Source of the DNA: Limisphaerales bacterium
GTDB taxonomy: Bacteria; Verrucomicrobiota; Verrucomicrobiia; Limisphaerales; SIBE01
NCBI GenBank assembly: GCA_044225505.1
Contig: JBGAIN010000004.1
Span: 81,689-145,688 of the forward strand
Length of the DNA stretch: 64,000 nt
Direction of reading: 5' to 3'
In this document: piece after piece, positions 60,301 through 64,000 of the stretch
Numbering within the stretch: position 1 is the first letter of the stretch
How the letters are laid out: each line of letters begins with the position of its first letter
Notes under the pieces: model-generated
Seen by the model: only the letters and a program-made list of their open reading frames with translations
Told to the model about the DNA's origin: nothing
Databases searched by the model: none
Made by a program: the position numbers and the translations under genes

Positions 60301-63300
60301 GGTATCGTAGGCCACTTCCCCACCGGATACAGGCGCGTCGTCCGCCGTGCCGAGTTTGCCATCGGCACCGGCTTCCGTCAGCGCCCATCCCGTCGAGAGA
60401 TTCGAGAGTCGCATCACCGAATCAAACGTGGCAGTGAGAGATGAAATCGAACCGCGCGGCGGAACGCTGTTGTGGACAGGAGTGATCGAAAGTAATCGCG
60501 GAGGGGTTAAGTCCGGCAGAAGCGTGAGTGTGATCTCCTCTGACCAGGTGCTATTCCCGCCAGTGTCCGTAGCTTTCGCACGGATCACGAAGCTGGATTG
60601 GTCATCCGTCTTCTGGGGGGCCCGCAGCGTGGCGGCAAAGGGATACTTGCCACTGCGGGCCACGGAGGCGCCGTCGATGTAAAACTCCACGTCCCGCACC
60701 TGCACATCATCGCTCGTCGTGGTGCTCACGAAAAACTGTTCCGTGGCTTCCTGGCCACCTGGCGGATGCGAAGGAAAAGCCCGCAAGTTAATCGTGGGCG
60801 GGGTTGTCCCGCGATCTGGCGCGAGGAAATTCACCACTCCGAAACCTGCCTCGCTAACCGCAGCCAGTGCATAACCGCGATGAAGATTCAGGTCACGTGG
60901 CAGCTTCGGCAGCGCAAAGGAAGTAACGAAGTTCGTCGCCTGGTCGGATCGCACATCGTAGACCTCCACATTCAACGTTTGCCCGCCGAGCAGTAGGCCC
61001 GTGCCGGAAAGCGCCAACGCACGCATCGGCAGGGCCGTATTGGTGTTGGCGTGAAGTAGAACGGGCGAGGCTGGATTTGCGACATCGATGATACGAAACC
61101 CCCTCGCATCCCCGACATAAGCTCGCCCATTCCCGACGACCAGTTCTGGGCCAGATTCTCCCGCAGGCACGGCCAAAGTCCCGACGTCTAACCCACCCAA
61201 CTCCTGCAAGGAATCTCCAGCAATCCGGTAACTGAACAAACGCCGTGTACTCGCACCCCAGAGAACATCCCCATCCAAGGCCAGGGTCGTGATCGGAAGT
61301 CCTCCGGACACCGGAACATGCCGCAGGACTTGCGCTCCATTCAAGCGAACGACCGCCAGCGACGGCGCGTTGGCGGACCTCCCTGGTGCGTAGGCGTAAC
61401 GACCCGCCGCCACCACTGTCTCAGGCACCGCGCCGAGCGCGACATTGCCCGCGGCGGTCAAAACCCCGTCGGCCGAACGCGTGAAGAGATAAACGCCCGC
61501 GGTCGTCTGGGCCGATGTTCCCGGAATGGCGGCGACGAAATCCCCCGCTGTCGCGACGGCGTCGAATAACAAGCCGGTCGCGGGGAGAACCTGGTTTACC
61601 AGCACGGGCGCAAGCGGGTTGGCCATATTGAACAAGGCGAGGCCGGAACTGGAGTCCGCCACGACGGCGCAATCGTTGACGGTGTCCATCTTGACGGCCG
61701 TTCCAGGGGTCTCGCGCGTGGCCATCACTCCCAAGCCGAGGGGCTGCCCATCGTTCGGGTTCGTACCGGAAGCAATCTCAGCTCCATCGGGCACTCCATC
61801 GCCATCCGTGTCGCGGCGCTGCGCGTTGGTGCCACGGATCAACTCTTGAAAATCGGTCAACTCGTCACCATCGCGATCCGTGGTCACGTCCGGCCCCATC
61901 GGCGCGGCAGGAATGCGGGTCGTTCGTCCGGACGTGCCGGAAATGAAATAAGCCGAGCCCGTATGCCCAGAATTGGGATTGAAATAAGAAACGATGAAGG
62001 GCGTGTTCGGAGGCAGAATCAAAGGGGGAAACCGGCCATCATTTCCGAGTTGGCCATGGCGCACAAAACCAGAACGCAGGTCGACGAGGACAAAGAAATG
62101 CGCCGTTGCGGGAAAGGCCATATCGACAGCGGGCGTGGGCGTGGAGGGCGCCATTTTCGCGGCGGCTGCCACGGGTCGCGTCAACGCTGGATAAGCGCTG
62201 GAACCAGCCGCCGGCTCTATCAGTCCCGTCAACTCACTTAACGCGCGCACCGCGCCATCAAAGAGGGTCGTCCACCCTTCGCCAGCGACCACGGCCGTCA
62301 GAACGTCCAATTCGGCAAAGGCTGCGATGAACGCGTCCGCGGCGGGAGTTCCGGCGCGAAACTGGCCGTTGGCCATTTCGGCCAACCGGGCGAGCAACTG
62401 ATCCACATCCGCGATGCTCGCGTGGTTGGGACGCGGCACAGTCAAAAGGCTGGCGCGTTCCTCGGTCGTAACCTGCTGGCTAGCGGGGCTATTGGTCGCC
62501 ACCGCGCTCTGGACGGCACTGAAAAAATTCTGATAAACGGAAACGTCCTGCGGCGTTTCCGCGCCTGCCCAAACACCTGATCCCCAGATTTGAGCGCTCA
62601 GATTGCTGGCTGCGGTGGAGACCGCAATCTGTTGCTCGAGCAGCGCAATCAAACGATCCAACGCCGTGCTGGTGCTTCCGCCGACGGACTCGAGCGCACC
62701 CTTTGCTTTGGGCAACGAAAGGAGACTGGGGCTGGGCTTGCCGAGATAGCAGTCCTGGAGCGTTTTCAAATTGATCACGATGGATTTGAGCGACCAGGCC
62801 GCCCCTAGAACGGCGCCCGCCTTAGGCACGCAACCCAACGCGCTGCCGATGGCACCGTCGATGATCGCGTTGCCGAAGTTGATTTGAGCGCATGTCGCAA
62901 TGTTCATGGAACAATCCCGGGCCGCTCGAGCCGCCGAAGTCGCAACTCCCAGGGCGCAGTCTCCCGCGTCGCCGCCCGTGCCTCCGGCCGCTGCCAACCC
63001 CATGTCCGACGCAAAGTCCGTGGACGACGTGATCACGGCTTTGGCTTCCGCTCGGCAAGGGTTATCCGGACAGGTGGTATCCCACACACTGCAATCCGGC
63101 TTATCCGGGGGAGGATCCTTGCGGCAAGTGCGGCAGGGCGGGTCGCCGTCACAATCGGTGCCACAGCCGCTCCCGCCTGGGCCTGGACCGTGCCACCCTG
63201 GCTGACGCACGCCCACTCCGGGATCGCTCACCGCGAACAAACCGTCCGCGCTAATCGTCATGCTGCCTTGGATCTCCCAGCGACCCGTATCATGGTTGAA

Positions 63301-64000
63301 GCTCCAAAGCGCCGTCTTCTCGCCAGGGCCCAGCTTGATGCCGGTGACCGGGTCGGGCAGATTCGGGAATTTCACGGGCACCGGCGTGTCGAAGTTGCGC
63401 GCTCCGTCCGTTTGAATGGTGATGACCAAGGGCAGACTCAAGCCAGGTGGCAGCGGTTCCGGCAAACGATCGGGCGGGACGGGTGCCATGCCTACCATTC
63501 CGCCACGCGTTCCGTTGTCCGAAAACAGCGCGTTTGCCGGCACATTAATCTCGACGCCCGCCAGTGCGGGATTGGTGGCGAGCACGGAGGAGGCGAAGGT
63601 GATTTTCGTGTCCGCTGTAGCGCTGACGGCTTTGAGCGCGTCCGCTTGAATGAGCGGCAGGAAAATGACTCCAGAACCGCCTGCGAGATTGTTCGTCCGC
63701 CCTGGCATTGCATCCCACGCCTTGCCCACAAATGGATAGTACGCGCCGCCCGGCCATTGGCTACCCTCGGCCGTACGCCCGTCTACCGAGACGAAGAACC
63801 TTCCCGCAGGACTGGGCACTAGCCGGAAGAATCCGTTTGTGTCCGTGGTCGTCCGCAGTGTTTCCTCCATCCCATCGACCGTGATCGTCACATTGCGTAA
63901 CGGCCGATCGCTGCCGTCGGCATTTTTCTCGGAAGCGAACACGTGACCTTCCACGCCGGTTGTCGCCAGCGCTGTTGTGGAAAGCGTTTCGAATGTCAGC
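57391..64000 (-). CDS. Giant secreted multidomain protein, paralog A (5' end outside window; frameshifts near 58083 and 57435)
   Basis: Frame open from the window end through 58081 (>1950 aa): carboxypeptidase-regulatory-like domain, LPLVITIQTDG...ALWSFNHDTGRWE...RQPGWHG core, Cys-rich segment, DRDGDEL/DTDGDG, LVIVD-like repeats, Ig domains, passenger-like beta-helix. Continues in 57383..58084 and ends ATAVKLRVVASP*. Confidence 0.85.

Overview
GC-rich bacterial window that looks like Verrucomicrobiota (Pedosphaera/Limisphaera-like). This assignment is inferred from gene content: Tat-exported oxidoreductases, an ECF sigma/Ser-Thr kinase pair and '[RG]F[YF]R'-module secreted proteins. The first ~41 kb is mostly intact accessory metabolism and regulation: Tex, an amidohydrolase, TlpA, a CocE/NonD ester hydrolase, GH106, a MASE1 kinase, a frameshifted GH38-like gene, a large propeller/Ig surface protein, a C10 protease, an RpiR-EamA-BHMT-like locus, a sigma-54 activator with an SDR-thioredoxin target, and ECF + kinase-WD40. 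From ~41 to 58 kb most genes carry several frameshifts, which may be assembly error rather than real decay. The window ends in two tandem ~2000-aa secreted paralogs that share a scaffold but differ in a central Cys-containing segment. The best leads are (i) a mobile ~65-aa 'S-x-DL-x-x-W...[RG]F[YF]R' module at either terminus of unrelated secreted proteins, (ii) the scaffold/variable-cassette giant paralogs, (iii) an animal-BHMT-like methyltransferase operon under RpiR control with a visible operator, (iv) a 300-bp MITE enclosing a REP-like multi-hairpin element, and (v) period-6 purine tracts bracketing a surface-protein gene. No rRNA, tRNA, CRISPR array or transposase was seen.
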